Shown: in pieces, positions 10,078 to 19,307 of the stretch
Layout: every line of letters starts with the position of its first letter
Position numbering within the stretch: the first letter of the stretch is position 1
Assembly (NCBI GenBank): GCA_040005235.1
Contig: JBDTZG010000018.1
Location: 1-64,000, forward strand
DNA: 64,000 nt
Source of the DNA: Acidobacteriota bacterium
GTDB lineage: Bacteria > Acidobacteriota > Thermoanaerobaculia > Multivoradales > UBA5704
Direction of reading: 5' to 3'
Notes under the pieces: model-generated
What the model saw: the letters and a program-made list of their open reading frames with translations, nothing else
Told to the model about the DNA's origin: nothing
The model's database searches: none
Program-made: the position numbers and the translations under genes

Positions 10078-11219
10078 GCCCGGCCGCGTCCCCGCCCGGA
10101 AAGAGCGCGAAGAAGAAGCCGGCGAGGCCAAAGAAGGGCAAGCGCTCCGGGCTCCGCAAATTTCTGCTCGGCCTCGGCATTCTGGTCGTGATCGCCGCGG
10201 TGCCGCTCGCCATGGCCGGCTGGTCGGGCCTGCGGCTGGCCCGGCCCTACCAGGGGTTCGAAGGGGCCTCGAAGAGGTTGGTCATCGCCCCTGGCAGCAG
10301 TGCCGGCCAGATCCTCGCTCAGCTCGCCCAGGAAGGGGTGATCGAGGACGCGCGGCTCGCGCGGTTCTATCTGGTCTACTTCCTGCGCGACCCGGCGCTC
10401 AAGGCGGGGGAGTACGAGTTCACCGGGGCCGAGAGCCTGCGCCAGGTGCTGGGCAAGATCTCGCGCGGCGACGTGGCCCGCCACCCGATCACCCTGGTCG
10501 AAGGGCTGACGCTCGAAGAGACCGCGGAGCAGCTGGCGAAAGAAGGTTTCGGCGAGCGCGCGGCGTTCCTCTCGCTGATGCATTCACCCGAGCTGATCGC
10601 CGATCTGGACCCGGAGGCGCAGGACCTGGAAGGGTATCTGTTCCCCGAGACCTACAACTTCACGCTCGGGGTCTCCGAGCGCGAGGTGGTGACCACGCTG
10701 GTCAAGACCTTCCGCGCCCGCTTCGACAAACAGGTGGCGCCGCTGCTCGCCGCCCGGCCCGGCCCGCCGAGCATCCGCCATGTGGTGATTCTTGCGAGCA
10801 TCATCGAGAAAGAGGCGCAGAAGGACGGCGACCGGCCGCTGATCGCCGCGGTCTACGAGAATCGCCTGGCGCAGAAGATCGCCCTGCAGGCCGATCCGAC
10901 GGTGATCTTCGCGCTCAAGCACCTGGGGGTCTGGAACGGCAACATCCGCCGCTCCGACCTCGCGCTCAGCTCGCCTTACAACACCTACAAATACCCGGGC
11001 CTCCCCCCCGGCCCGATCGCCTCCCCCGGAGCCGCAAGCCTGCGCGCCGCGGCGGCCCCGGCCCCCGTGCCCTACCTCTATTTCGTCAGCAAAAACGACG
11101 GTTCCCACGCTTTCGCGACGACCTACCAAGAGCACGCCGCCAACGTCGAGCGCTGGCAGCGCCAATTCTTCAGGGATCAGCGCGCCGAAGAGCGACGGGC
11201 GCGCGAAGCGGGACGGTAG
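10074..11219 (+). CDS. mltG: Endolytic transglycosylase MltG
   Basis: LKAGEYEF, LEGYLFPETY, LASIIEKE, LQADPT, SPYNTYKYPGLPPGPI, YLYFV. Confidence 0.95.
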   Translation: MSPAASPPGKSAKKKPARPKKGKRSGLRKFLLGLGILVVIAAVPLAMAGWSGLRLARPYQGFEGASKRLVIAPGSSAGQILAQLAQEGVIEDARLARFYLVYFLRDPALKAGEYEFTGAESLRQVLGKISRGDVARHPITLVEGLTLEETAEQLAKEGFGERAAFLSLMHSPELIADLDPEAQDLEGYLFPETYNFTLGVSEREVVTTLVKTFRARFDKQVAPLLAARPGPPSIRHVVILASIIEKEAQKDGDRPLIAAVYENRLAQKIALQADPTVIFALKHLGVWNGNIRRSDLALSSPYNTYKYPGLPPGPIASPGAASLRAAAAPAPVPYLYFVSKNDGSHAFATTYQEHAANVERWQRQFFRDQRAEERRAREAGR

Positions 11220-11410
11220 GGAGAGGGCGATTCCTTAAGACGCATGGTCGCTCTGCATTCAGGGGGCGGTCTTGGAGGAGCCAGGACGGCAGTAGGAGGA
11301 TAGGCGAGGATTGTTAGGGTCACGTGCCCCTGGCGAACTGATTGATCTCGCTCGTTTTCTAGGGGGAGATTGAATACACTTAACGGACATTTTCTACGGG
11401 AGAGCAGGCC

Positions 11411-11983
11411 GTGTTTTTTGAGTGGCTTAAGTCATCAGTCCCAGGACTGATTTTATTGGGCGCTATGGGGAGCCTTCTCGCGCTCGCAGCGGTTCGCCTC
11501 CTCGGTTCTTTAATTGAGCGCTGGTTTAAGCCGGCGAGGACAGCGCTGTTGCGAGTTGTGCGTGCCCCTGGAAGTTTCGGGAAGACTCTGGGAAGAGTCG
11601 GGAGCGCAAAATCGGTCGCTTCAATGTGTGCCCTGGCTTTAGCGTTCTTTTTGTTCTGTGTCGGCTGCTGTTTTTTTGGTGCTTCTATGGTATTTGCAGG
11701 GGTCTTTGCAAGACCCCTGGTGGGGCAACACGCTTCCTTTTTAATTTTCGGTGGCTCACTGTTCTACGGCTTCGCTCTTGGCACCGGCTTATTTGTATTC
11801 CAACTGTTGTATGCGACAGCCAATAGCTGCCTGGATAGCGACATTGAAGATGCAACAAGAATTGGTTCTCTGCTTGATCGCACGCTTGACGCAGTGCAAA
11901 CATCGCCTGGCGCACCGATTGGTAGCGCACCTCACGGTCAGCCAGACCGCGATGATCAGCTTGAGAACCCCGGTTCGAGCTGA
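11411..11983 (+). CDS. Hypothetical membrane protein (about 3 TM helices) in AT-richer islet
   Basis: 190-aa ORF with hydrophobic segments, GGAGAG upstream, atypical codon usage. Confidence 0.55.
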   Translation: MFFEWLKSSVPGLILLGAMGSLLALAAVRLLGSLIERWFKPARTALLRVVRAPGSFGKTLGRVGSAKSVASMCALALAFFLFCVGCCFFGASMVFAGVFARPLVGQHASFLIFGGSLFYGFALGTGLFVFQLLYATANSCLDSDIEDATRIGSLLDRTLDAVQTSPGAPIGSAPHGQPDRDDQLENPGSS

Positions 11984-12016
11984 TGCCGTGGAGGATGGGA
12001 TGGAGGCGCTATCAGC

Positions 12017-12415
12017 ATGAAGGTCTTCCTGAGCGGGTCCGGAGAAAAGAGCAAAGCCGCAGCCGAAGCGTTTCGCCGGTGGCTGCCGTGTGTTCTACAG
12101 AGCGTACGGCCCTGGATGTCCGATCGAGATATCGGAGCGGGCGGCGCGGTGGGGGCTTGAGGTCGGACGAGCGCTGGAGCAGACCAAATTCGGCATCCTC
12201 TTCGTGACCGACAATAACTTCTCTGCCCCCTGGCTACTTTCGAAGAGGGTGCCCTGGCCAAGACCCTTGACGAGGCTTTTGTATGTCCGTATCTGGTGGG
12301 CTTGGAGCCCGAGACGGCCATCAAGGGCGGGACCTTGGACCTCTGGATGACCCTGAACCGAGTCTTGCGGACTTCACCTCTGACGAGAAGAGAGAACTTC
12401 ACTTATTGGCCTTGA
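12017..12415 (+). pseudogene. TIR-domain protein pseudogene (two frameshifts)
   Basis: RBS GGAGG at 12002. Reads MKVFLSGSGEKSKAAAEAFRRWLPCVLQSVRPWMSDRDIGAG, then shifts to ARWGLEVGRALEQTKFGILFVTDNNFSAPWLL, then shifts to FEEGALAKTLDEAFVCPYLVGLEP, matching the bacterial MKVFISWSG...PW..FEAGAL...VCP TIR family. Confidence 0.8.
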
Positions 12416-12464
12416 TAAATATGATTGCTCAAAAAACAAAAGATATGTTCTCGGGCAAGATAAG

Positions 12465-12562
12465 TTAGATCCGGATGCGCTCGATTCGTCGAGGGTGAAC
12501 TCGTCGTCGAGTCGGTTGTGGAACTGGGTGATCCGGGTCGAGGCGTGGCCGGCGATCGCCAC
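12465..12562 (-). pseudogene. C-terminal remnant of a tyrosine recombinase/integrase
   Basis: VAIAGHASTRITQFHNRLDDEFTLDE, then a frameshift to IERIRI*, resembling the integrase C-terminus IAGHxSxRTTxLYxRxxDEIxLDEIERI. The catalytic Tyr position is His. Confidence 0.65.
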
Positions 12563-12619
12563 GGAACCACGAGCCCGACCCGAGCAAATGTGTGAGGACG
12601 GTGTGTCGGTCACGCTTCC

Positions 12620-13036
12620 CTAGTTCTTGCCGACCACCTGGACTCCGCGGGAGGGAAAGCGTCGGTCGAACGAGTAGATGATCTGCGCTCCCCGCTCGCG
12701 CGCCTCGGCCCAGACCAGGGCGTCGGCGAAGGAGACGCGGCGCGAGCCGCGGCAGAGGCCGAGGGCTTCGAGCGCCCGCGGTTTCGCGAGGGTCGCGAGG
12801 CGGATGTTGGATTTCTGGATCAAGGCGGACAGCGTATCGACCACGGCGGGCCGGGCGATGCCGTAGATCTTCTCCAGGACGTAGGCGCTCTCCATCAGGA
12901 CGGTCTCGGTGAGGACGAGCGGCTTGCCGTCGTCGATCACCTCTGCGGCTCGCGCTGCGAGATCGGGAGGATCGCCGGTCAGGTAGCGGACGACGAAGCT
13001 CGAATCCAGGAACGGGGGCGTGGGTTCCGTCGTCAC
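12620..13036 (-). CDS. vapC: VapC-like PIN-domain toxin
   Basis: FLDSSFVVRYL, VLMESAYVL, FADAL, SFDRRF. GTG start overlaps the antitoxin stop. Confidence 0.85.
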   Translation of the reverse strand: MTTEPTPPFLDSSFVVRYLTGDPPDLAARAAEVIDDGKPLVLTETVLMESAYVLEKIYGIARPAVVDTLSALIQKSNIRLATLAKPRALEALGLCRGSRRVSFADALVWAEARERGAQIIYSFDRRFPSRGVQVVGKN

Positions 13037-13305
13037 TTCTCGTCGTCCCCGGACTCCGCGTCGCGAGCCGCCTCGGTCCATGCGGCGTTGCGCGCCTTCT
13101 CCCAATCCTCCGGCGAAACGCGGCGCTGGATCGAGCGCGCGAGGGTGCCCCGGAGCGACTGGTTGTGCTCGGGGGGAAAGAAGCGGATTTCGACCTTGTC
13201 GCCGACCAGGTCCTGAATCGATACGTAACCGGGCTTCAGTCCCAGGGCATCGCGGATCGGCTTCTCGATGACGACCTGACCCTTCTCACCAACGACGCTG
13301 GCCAC
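13033..13305 (-). CDS. AbrB/MazE/SpoVT-family antitoxin
   Basis: VGEKGQVVIEKPIRDALGLKPG; GAGGAG RBS upstream. Confidence 0.85.
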   Translation of the reverse strand: MASVVGEKGQVVIEKPIRDALGLKPGYVSIQDLVGDKVEIRFFPPEHNQSLRGTLARSIQRRVSPEDWEKARNAAWTEAARDAESGDDEK

Positions 13306-13419
13306 GGTTGTACTCCTCGCAATAAGTCAGTCCATTCTCCGTCAGTATAACGCCGCGAGGCCAACGCCTGAAGGGGCCGGAGATGGCGGCCCTCGCTTCG
13401 TCGCATCGCTCGCTTTCGG

Positions 13420-13448
13420 TTGACAGCCCCTTGGGGCTGGTGTATCAA
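13420..13448 (+). promoter_or_regulatory. Putative sigma70 promoter of the kinase-TonB gene with a palindrome in the spacer
   Basis: TTGACA, 17 bp, TATCAA. The CAGCCCC-TT-GGGGCTG palindrome overlaps the -35 box and spacer. Confidence 0.5.
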
Positions 13449-13549
13449 AGCTTAGGAAAAAAGTTGCAGAGAAGGGGCCTTGCGCGAGATCGCTGAGCTC
13501 CGGACAGGCCGGGCGGGGTTTTCACCCGCCGGCAGCTTGAGGAGGGTCG

Positions 13550-15442
13550 ATGAACATCCCGGAGGAATTTGGCAGCTATCTACTACTCAAGAAACTGTCC
13601 GAGGACGCGCTCGGCGAGACGTTCCGCGCCGCGAAGGTGGGCGCCCGGGGGTTGGAGCAGGTCTCGCTGCTCAGGGTGCTCAACGGCAAGGGGATCGACG
13701 GCAACAAGCTCTGGCAGAAAATGAGCAATGGAACGGCGATTCAGGCCGCGTTGCGCAGCCCGAACATCGGCAACGGGGTGGACGTCGGCCGGGTGCGCAA
13801 CCAGCCGTACGTCGCCTACGACTACATTTCCGGCAAGAACCTCGCGACGATCTTCGCCCAGACCGAGCGGAGGATGTCGCCGATTCCGACCGACCACGCG
13901 CTGCTGATCGCCGAACGGGTGGCGCTCGCCCTGGCGGTCGCGGCCGAAAGCCGGGTGGGCGACCAGCGCGTCCTGCACGGCTGCGTGGTGCCGCACCTGG
14001 TGATGGTCTCGAACGAAGGGGAATCGCGGCTGCTCGGCTTCGAGCTCGGCACCGGATTGCGCGAGGTGGGCGGGGTGGGCGACCCGGACCTCGCGGCGTA
14101 TCTGTCGCCCGAGGCGGTGGCCGGTGCCCCCGTCGCCAAGGCGGACGACTGCTGGTCGCTCGGCGCGATCCTGTTCGAGCTGCTGACCGGTGAGCGGATG
14201 CGGCACAACCCGCCGGAGGGTTACAACGCTCGGGTCGACCAGACGGTGCTCGCCCACGACGGCTCGCCAATCCCGGGACCGGTTGCCGATCTGATCAAAA
14301 GGAGCCTGGAGCCGCGCGAGCAGCGGATCGCTGACGCCGGAACGTGGCACAAGTCGATCTCGAAGCTGATGAGCGACGGGCACTTCAGCCCGACGACCTT
14401 CAACCTCGCCTTCTTCATGCACAACCTCTTCCGCGACGACATCGAGAAGGAAAACCAGGAACTGGCGGCGGAAAAGAAGCTCGACCTGCGGCCCGCGGCC
14501 TCGTCCGCCACGGTCGCGATTCCGACCGTCGCCGCGGCGACGACGGCTGCAGCGGCCTCCGCCGCGCCGACCCGCGCGGCGGGCGCCGCCGTTCCTCCTT
14601 CGGTGCAGCCGGCCGCTTCTTCCGCCAATAAGACGAACCCGATGATCTTCGTCGCTGCGGCCGTCGTGCTGCTGGCCCTTCTGGGTGGCGGCGCCTGGTT
14701 CATGATGCGCGGCCGGGCCACTCCGGCGGCGACTCCTGCGACTGCGGTTCCAGCTCCAGTTCCTGCTCCCGGCCCGGCACAGCCCGCGATGACCCAAGAA
14801 CAGATCCAGGCGCAGATCGACCAGTTGGTGCAGGCGCAGATCCAGGCGAGCGAAAGCAAGCTCAAGACCCAGTATGACGATCGCCTGAAGATGCTGCAAA
14901 AGCAGCTTGAAGACAGCCGCAAACCGGGCGCCCCATCGCCCTCGCCGTCCAGCTCGGCGCCCCAGGAATCTCCCGAGCCCGAGCCGCGAGCCGCCCGTCC
15001 GGTCGAGCCGACCCCGACCCCGGCGGTGCCGGCCCCCGCTCCGGCCCAGACCCAGCCGGCGGTTCCGGAGCCCGCTCCGGTTCGTCAGGCGCCCGTCGAA
15101 TCCGCCCCCGCCCCGGCGCCTGCTCCGGCCGCGCCCCGGGTTCAGGTGGGCGATCTGGTTCGGCCCGGTCCGGGCGTCCAGACTCCGAAACTGCTCCGTC
15201 TGCCGCAGCCGTCCTATCCGGCCGCCGCGCGGCGCCTGAACAAGGCGGCGACGGTGGACGTGCGGGTTTTGGTCGATGAAAAAGGCAAGGTGCTGGAAAC
15301 CGAGGCGCCGGGCATTCGAGCCGGGTATGGCTTCGACGAAGCGGCGGTGGACGTCGCGCGGCGAGCGACCTACAACCCGGCCAGCAAGGACGGCGTGCGG
15401 GTCAAGATGTGGACCGTGCTGCGGGTCGCCTTCAAGCCCTAA
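13550..15442 (+). CDS. Ser/Thr kinase-like (probably pseudokinase) domain + TM + coiled coil/Pro-rich linker + TonB C-terminal domain
   Basis: FGSYLLLKKL, YLSPE, ADDCWSLGAILFELLTG, TM IFVAAAVVLLALLGGGAWF, PSYPAAARR...VLVDEKGKV...GFDEAA TonB_C. Confidence 0.85.
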   Translation: MNIPEEFGSYLLLKKLSEDALGETFRAAKVGARGLEQVSLLRVLNGKGIDGNKLWQKMSNGTAIQAALRSPNIGNGVDVGRVRNQPYVAYDYISGKNLATIFAQTERRMSPIPTDHALLIAERVALALAVAAESRVGDQRVLHGCVVPHLVMVSNEGESRLLGFELGTGLREVGGVGDPDLAAYLSPEAVAGAPVAKADDCWSLGAILFELLTGERMRHNPPEGYNARVDQTVLAHDGSPIPGPVADLIKRSLEPREQRIADAGTWHKSISKLMSDGHFSPTTFNLAFFMHNLFRDDIEKENQELAAEKKLDLRPAASSATVAIPTVAAATTAAAASAAPTRAAGAAVPPSVQPAASSANKTNPMIFVAAAVVLLALLGGGAWFMMRGRATPAATPATAVPAPVPAPGPAQPAMTQEQIQAQIDQLVQAQIQASESKLKTQYDDRLKMLQKQLEDSRKPGAPSPSPSSSAPQESPEPEPRAARPVEPTPTPAVPAPAPAQTQPAVPEPAPVRQAPVESAPAPAPAPAAPRVQVGDLVRPGPGVQTPKLLRLPQPSYPAAARRLNKAATVDVRVLVDEKGKVLETEAPGIRAGYGFDEAAVDVARRATYNPASKDGVRVKMWTVLRVAFKP

Positions 15443-15477
15443 GGCGCCCGTTTTTCGGTCCGTCCGAAGAGAACAGG

Positions 15478-15500
15478 CCTCGCCGGCAACCCCGGCGAGG
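15478..15500. terminator. Hairpin between convergent tonB-fusion and csp genes
   Basis: CCTCGCCGG-caacc-CCGGCGAGG. Confidence 0.45.
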
Positions 15501-15566
15501 CTCATCTCTTTAAAAAGGTCGCGCAGGCCCTGGACGGGGGTCGGCGATTCGCGTCGCGAAGCGGTC

Positions 15567-15773
15567 TTACGAAATTTTGACGACGTTGCGCGCCTGGAGG
15601 CCCTTCGGCCCCTCGACGACTTCGAAGGAGACCCGGTCTCCCTCGCCGAGGGTCCGGAAACCTTCGGCAATGATCGAGGCGTGGTGGACGAAGACATCCG
15701 GCCCATGCTCACGCACGATGAACCCGTATCCCTTCGCGTCGTTGAACCACTTCACGGTGCCCTGCTCGGCCAT
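15567..15773 (-). CDS. Cold-shock protein
   Basis: [30 protein letters not shown]. Confidence 0.95.
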   Translation of the reverse strand: MAEQGTVKWFNDAKGYGFIVREHGPDVFVHHASIIAEGFRTLGEGDRVSFEVVEGPKGLQARNVVKIS

Positions 15774-16075
15774 GACTTTGCTCCCTACAACAGGTTGTTG
15801 ATGATCGCCGCGAAAGCGGCAGCTGCTCCTCCCTCAGAGTCGGAAACACTGGGGGCGGGATTCCACGAGTCCAAACAGCGGTTCATCGGGGGGTCTCGGG
15901 GTCGGGCTGGCGTTGGGGCGAGGCACGGCGTAGCGACGTGAGGGGGGAACGATTCGAGGGCCTTCGCCTACAGTCCGGCGGTATGTGTCTTACCTTTGCG
16001 AAACGAAATTTGTACCAGTGTGACACCAATGTGCGCGAAAGGCAAGACCCGGCGCCTCGTAGTAGGCTTCCGCCA

Positions 16076-16744
16076 ATGAGCTCGTCCGCCCGCATCCCCC
16101 GCCCCTTCGACGCGATCGAGCTGCGGGTCCTCGGCTCTCTGCTGGAAAAAGAGCAGACGACGCCCGAGGCCTATCCGCTCACGGTGAACGCCCTGATCGC
16201 CGCCTGCAACCAGAAGACCAACCGCGACCCGGTCACCGACCTCACCGAGACCCAGGTGTGGGACGCCCTGGAACGCCTACGCCACGAGACCCTGGTCTGG
16301 CGCAGCGAAGGCGCCCGCACCGAGCGCTGGCAGCAGAGCGTCTCCCGCCGCTGGGGGCTCGATTCGGCGGGCAAGGCGCTGATGACCCTTTTCCTCCTTC
16401 GCGGTCCGCAGACTCTGGGCGAGCTGCGCACCCGGAGCGAGCGGATGCATGCCTTCCATTCGCCGGAAGAGGTGGAAGCCAAGCTCCGCAGCCTTGCGGC
16501 GGACGAAGAGCCGCTGGTGATCGAGCTGCCGCGCCGCCCGGGCCAGAAGGAGATCCGCTGGACGCACCGGGTGGGCGATCCGAACGCGATCGATCCAATC
16601 CCGGCGGAACCGGTGCGAGTGGTGCATGAGCCGCCGATGCCTTCCGCTCCGCCGCTCTCCCAACGGGTGACGGATCTCGAACGTGCAGTGGCGGATCTCA
16701 CCGCCGCGCTCGCCGAGCTGAAGACGAAGCTCGGCGAGGATTAA
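16076..16744 (+). CDS. YceH/DUF480 family protein
   Basis: RVLGSLLEKEQTTPEAYPLTVNALIAACNQKTNRDPV, LLRGPQTLGELRTRSERM. Confidence 0.9.
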   Translation: MSSSARIPRPFDAIELRVLGSLLEKEQTTPEAYPLTVNALIAACNQKTNRDPVTDLTETQVWDALERLRHETLVWRSEGARTERWQQSVSRRWGLDSAGKALMTLFLLRGPQTLGELRTRSERMHAFHSPEEVEAKLRSLAADEEPLVIELPRRPGQKEIRWTHRVGDPNAIDPIPAEPVRVVHEPPMPSAPPLSQRVTDLERAVADLTAALAELKTKLGED

Positions 16745-17796
16745 ACCACTTCGATTCCCGCGGGTCCTTCCAGAACCTCTCCCACCTCGGCCGCTTTGTG
16801 ACCGCCCGCGAGCAGGTCATCGAGCAGCGCCGCCGCCGACTTTTCCGCCACGCAGATCAATAGGCCGCCGGAGGTCTGGGGATCGAACAGGACGGCTCGT
16901 TGCAGGGGGGTGAGGTTCGCGCGATCTTCCCAATGGCCGCGGACATTTTCTTCGTTCAGATCGGTGCAGCCGGTGGTGACCCCGGCCTTCACCAGGCGGA
17001 GGAAAGTGTCGTGGAGCGGCAACCGCTCATACCGAAAACGGAGGATGGCTTTGGAGCCGCGAGCGATGTTCCAGGCGTGGCCGGCGAGGCCGAATCCCGT
17101 GATGTCGGTCGCCGCGGTCGCTCCGTGGAGCAGCGCCAGCCGGCCCGCCTCGGCGTTCAGGCGGCTCATCTCGACCAGCGCGGGCTCCAGCTCCGCCTCG
17201 CCGATCTTGTCGGCCTTGAAGGCGTTGATCAGCACTCCGGTGCCGAGCGGTTTGGTGAGGATCAGCCGCTGCCCGGCCCGAGCTTTCGTGTTGGCGAGCA
17301 GGCGGTTCGGGTCGGCCTCGCCGATCACCGCTAGACCGAATTTGAGCTCCGGATCGCGCACCGAATGGCCGCCGAGCAGCGCCGCCCCCGCTTCGGCGAG
17401 AGCATCGCTCGCCCCGGCGAGAATGCCGGCCAGAGCCTCCTTCGGCACCTCTTCGGGGAAGCAGCAAAGATTGAGCGCAAACAGCGGCCGGCCGCCCATC
17501 GCGTAGACGTCCGACAGCGAATTGGCCGCCGCGACCCGGCCGAATCGGAACGGGTCGTCGCACACCGGGGTGATGAAGTCGGCGGTCGCGACCAGCCCCC
17601 GGTCGCGAAACAGAAAAACTCCCGCGTCGTCGCCGGTTTCGGGTCCGATGAGCACACTTTCGCCCGAGCCCGCCGATCTTTGAGATCGCACGAGCGGGCC
17701 AATCAGGTCGGAAAGGTCCCCCGGACCTACCTTGGCCGCTCAGCCGCCGGTGGTGGCACAGGCGGTGAGCCGGAACTTGCGTCGATACCAAGCCAT
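16741..17796 (-). CDS. selD: Selenide, water dikinase SelD, selenoprotein (Sec at codon 19)
   Basis: ATG 17796 gives MAWYRRKFRLTACATTGG-UGA-AAKVGPGDL, in frame with DDAGV, DFITPV, ANSLSDVYAMGG, TDITGFGL, DPQTSGGLL. Confidence 0.92.
17706..17742 (-). promoter_or_regulatory. Sec UGA codon and bacterial SECIS-like hairpin
   Basis: TGA at 17742-17740 followed by GCGGCCAAGGT and AGGTCC-GGG-GGACCT. Confidence 0.75.
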
Positions 17797-17864
17797 GACG
17801 GCCGGGATTGTACGCGAGCCTCGGAGGATAAAACTCAGGGGAACGGGGGGGTGAGGGCTTTTGC

Positions 17865-18179
17865 CTACAGCTTGCCGCGCTGCTCGACCAGGTCGTTCAG
17901 CTCCTGGCGCAGCGACTCCGCCTTGTTGACCGCGTCGATCTTCGCTTGTTCGTCGGTCAGGTTCGGAATGTCGGCGTTGATCCGTTCGATCTCGGCTGTC
18001 TTGTCCTCGATCTTCCGATCGAGGTCGGCCTTCAGGGTTGCGCTGGAGGAGTCCGCTGCGCTCGCCGTTTCCGGATCTCCTTTGGAGCCCGAGCCGACGG
18101 AGCTCAGCTTGTCGCAGCCGGAGAGCGACACGACGATCAGGGCGAAAGCACCGACGAGCGAAAACGTGCGCTGGAGCAT
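17865..18179 (-). CDS. Small coiled-coil lipoprotein
   Basis: GGAGG RBS, signal peptide with LSGC lipobox. Confidence 0.75.
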   Translation of the reverse strand: MLQRTFSLVGAFALIVVSLSGCDKLSSVGSGSKGDPETASAADSSSATLKADLDRKIEDKTAEIERINADIPNLTDEQAKIDAVNKAESLRQELNDLVEQRGKL

Positions 18180-18326
18180 GGCGAACCTCCGGTTTAAGGG
18201 ATGGGGCGCTAAAAGGCGCGGGTCGAGCGGAGAACGTGGCAGGAGACTAACATGGGGCCACGGGGAACTTTTCGCACTTCGGCTCGGTTAGCCTCAGGCG
18301 GCAAAGCCGTCCCGTCCGGTGGAAAC

Positions 18327-18911
18327 CTAAGCCGAAATCGACGTCCGCCCGTGCTGCCCGTCGCCGCGCAGCCGGGCGAGGAGCGCCTGACCTTCGGGCC
18401 ATAGCCCAAGGTTGCTCGCGGAATTGATGTGGCCGAGCGGCCCCACCTCGACCAGCTCGCTCCCCCAGGCTTTGGCGAACTCGCGCGCCCGATCGATCGA
18501 CACGTACTCGTCGTCGCTGCTCGCGACGACGATGCTCCGGAACGGCAGCCGCGCGCGGGGCATCGGCTTGAATCCCGTCGCGCCTGGGGGATATAGGTCG
18601 GATTCAACGTCGCTCGGCGCGACCAGCAAGGCGCCGCGGATCGGCGAGCTGCCTCCCTCGCGCTTTTTGGTGGCCCAATGGGCGACGGTCGCGCACCCCA
18701 AACTGTGCGCGGCAAGAACCACCCCGGTCCCGGCCTCGCGCACCGCCGCTTCGAGCGCCGCGGTCCAGGCGGAGCAGACGGGGGTTTCCCAATCGCCCTG
18801 GATCACGCGCCGATAGGCCGGGAACGCCGCCTCCCAATGGCTCTGCCAATGATCGGGGCCGGAATTCCAGAGGCCCGGAACGGTGAGGACTTCGACCGGC
18901 GCGTCGCTCAT
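18327..18911 (-). CDS. RBBP9/YdeN-family alpha/beta hydrolase
   Basis: VPGLWNSGPDHWQ, AHSLGC, SSDDEY, GHIN. Confidence 0.9.
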   Translation of the reverse strand: MSDAPVEVLTVPGLWNSGPDHWQSHWEAAFPAYRRVIQGDWETPVCSAWTAALEAAVREAGTGVVLAAHSLGCATVAHWATKKREGGSSPIRGALLVAPSDVESDLYPPGATGFKPMPRARLPFRSIVVASSDDEYVSIDRAREFAKAWGSELVEVGPLGHINSASNLGLWPEGQALLARLRGDGQHGRTSISA

Positions 18912-19090
18912 GCTGTCTCCGAGGGTCCGAGTGACCGCCAAGGGAAGAAAACCGCCGCGACCGGCAGCAGCAGATGGATCGCGCCTCCGAACAGAACGCC
19001 CCAGAAGAGGGCGGCGAGCCAGCCCGAAAACGCCAGCAGCGCAAACGCCGCGCGGAGAGTCGGGGAGATCTTGGAGAGCATCGAAGGCAC
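18908..19090 (-). CDS. Small membrane protein
   Basis: Two hydrophobic helices; stop overlaps the hydrolase start (ATGA). Confidence 0.55.
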   Translation of the reverse strand: MPSMLSKISPTLRAAFALLAFSGWLAALFWGVLFGGAIHLLLPVAAVFFPWRSLGPSETA

Positions 19091-19143
19091 GGTATCACGG
19101 TCGCCGCCGTAATCTTCCCGGGAATCCGCCGGGCCACCAGCCT

Positions 19144-19266
19144 TCCCAGGCCGTTAGCCTGGGCTGAGGTGACACGGCCCTTCAGGCCGAAAACGGTGGC
19201 CTACGCCGTGGTGTTCCGGCGGCCCGAAGGGTCGCGTCCTCGTTAGCCCAGGCCAACGGCCTGGGA
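19144..19266. repeat. REP-like nested palindrome (CCCAGGCC..GCCTGGGCT family)
   Basis: 19144-19165 and 19245-19266 are inverted at 21/22, with inner inverted GGCCCTTCAGGCC/GGCCCGAAGGGTC units. Confidence 0.8.
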
Positions 19267-19307
19267 TGGCTGGGAGGGCTGCGCCCGAGAGGAGTATCGT
19301 TCCGCCG

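Noticed and set aside
17740-17742. selD as a nonsense pseudogene
   Set aside because: The UGA is at the canonical Sec position and is followed by a SECIS-like hairpin.
18180-18330. Possible riboswitch upstream of the lipoprotein gene
   Set aside because: No consensus of a known riboswitch class could be matched by eye.
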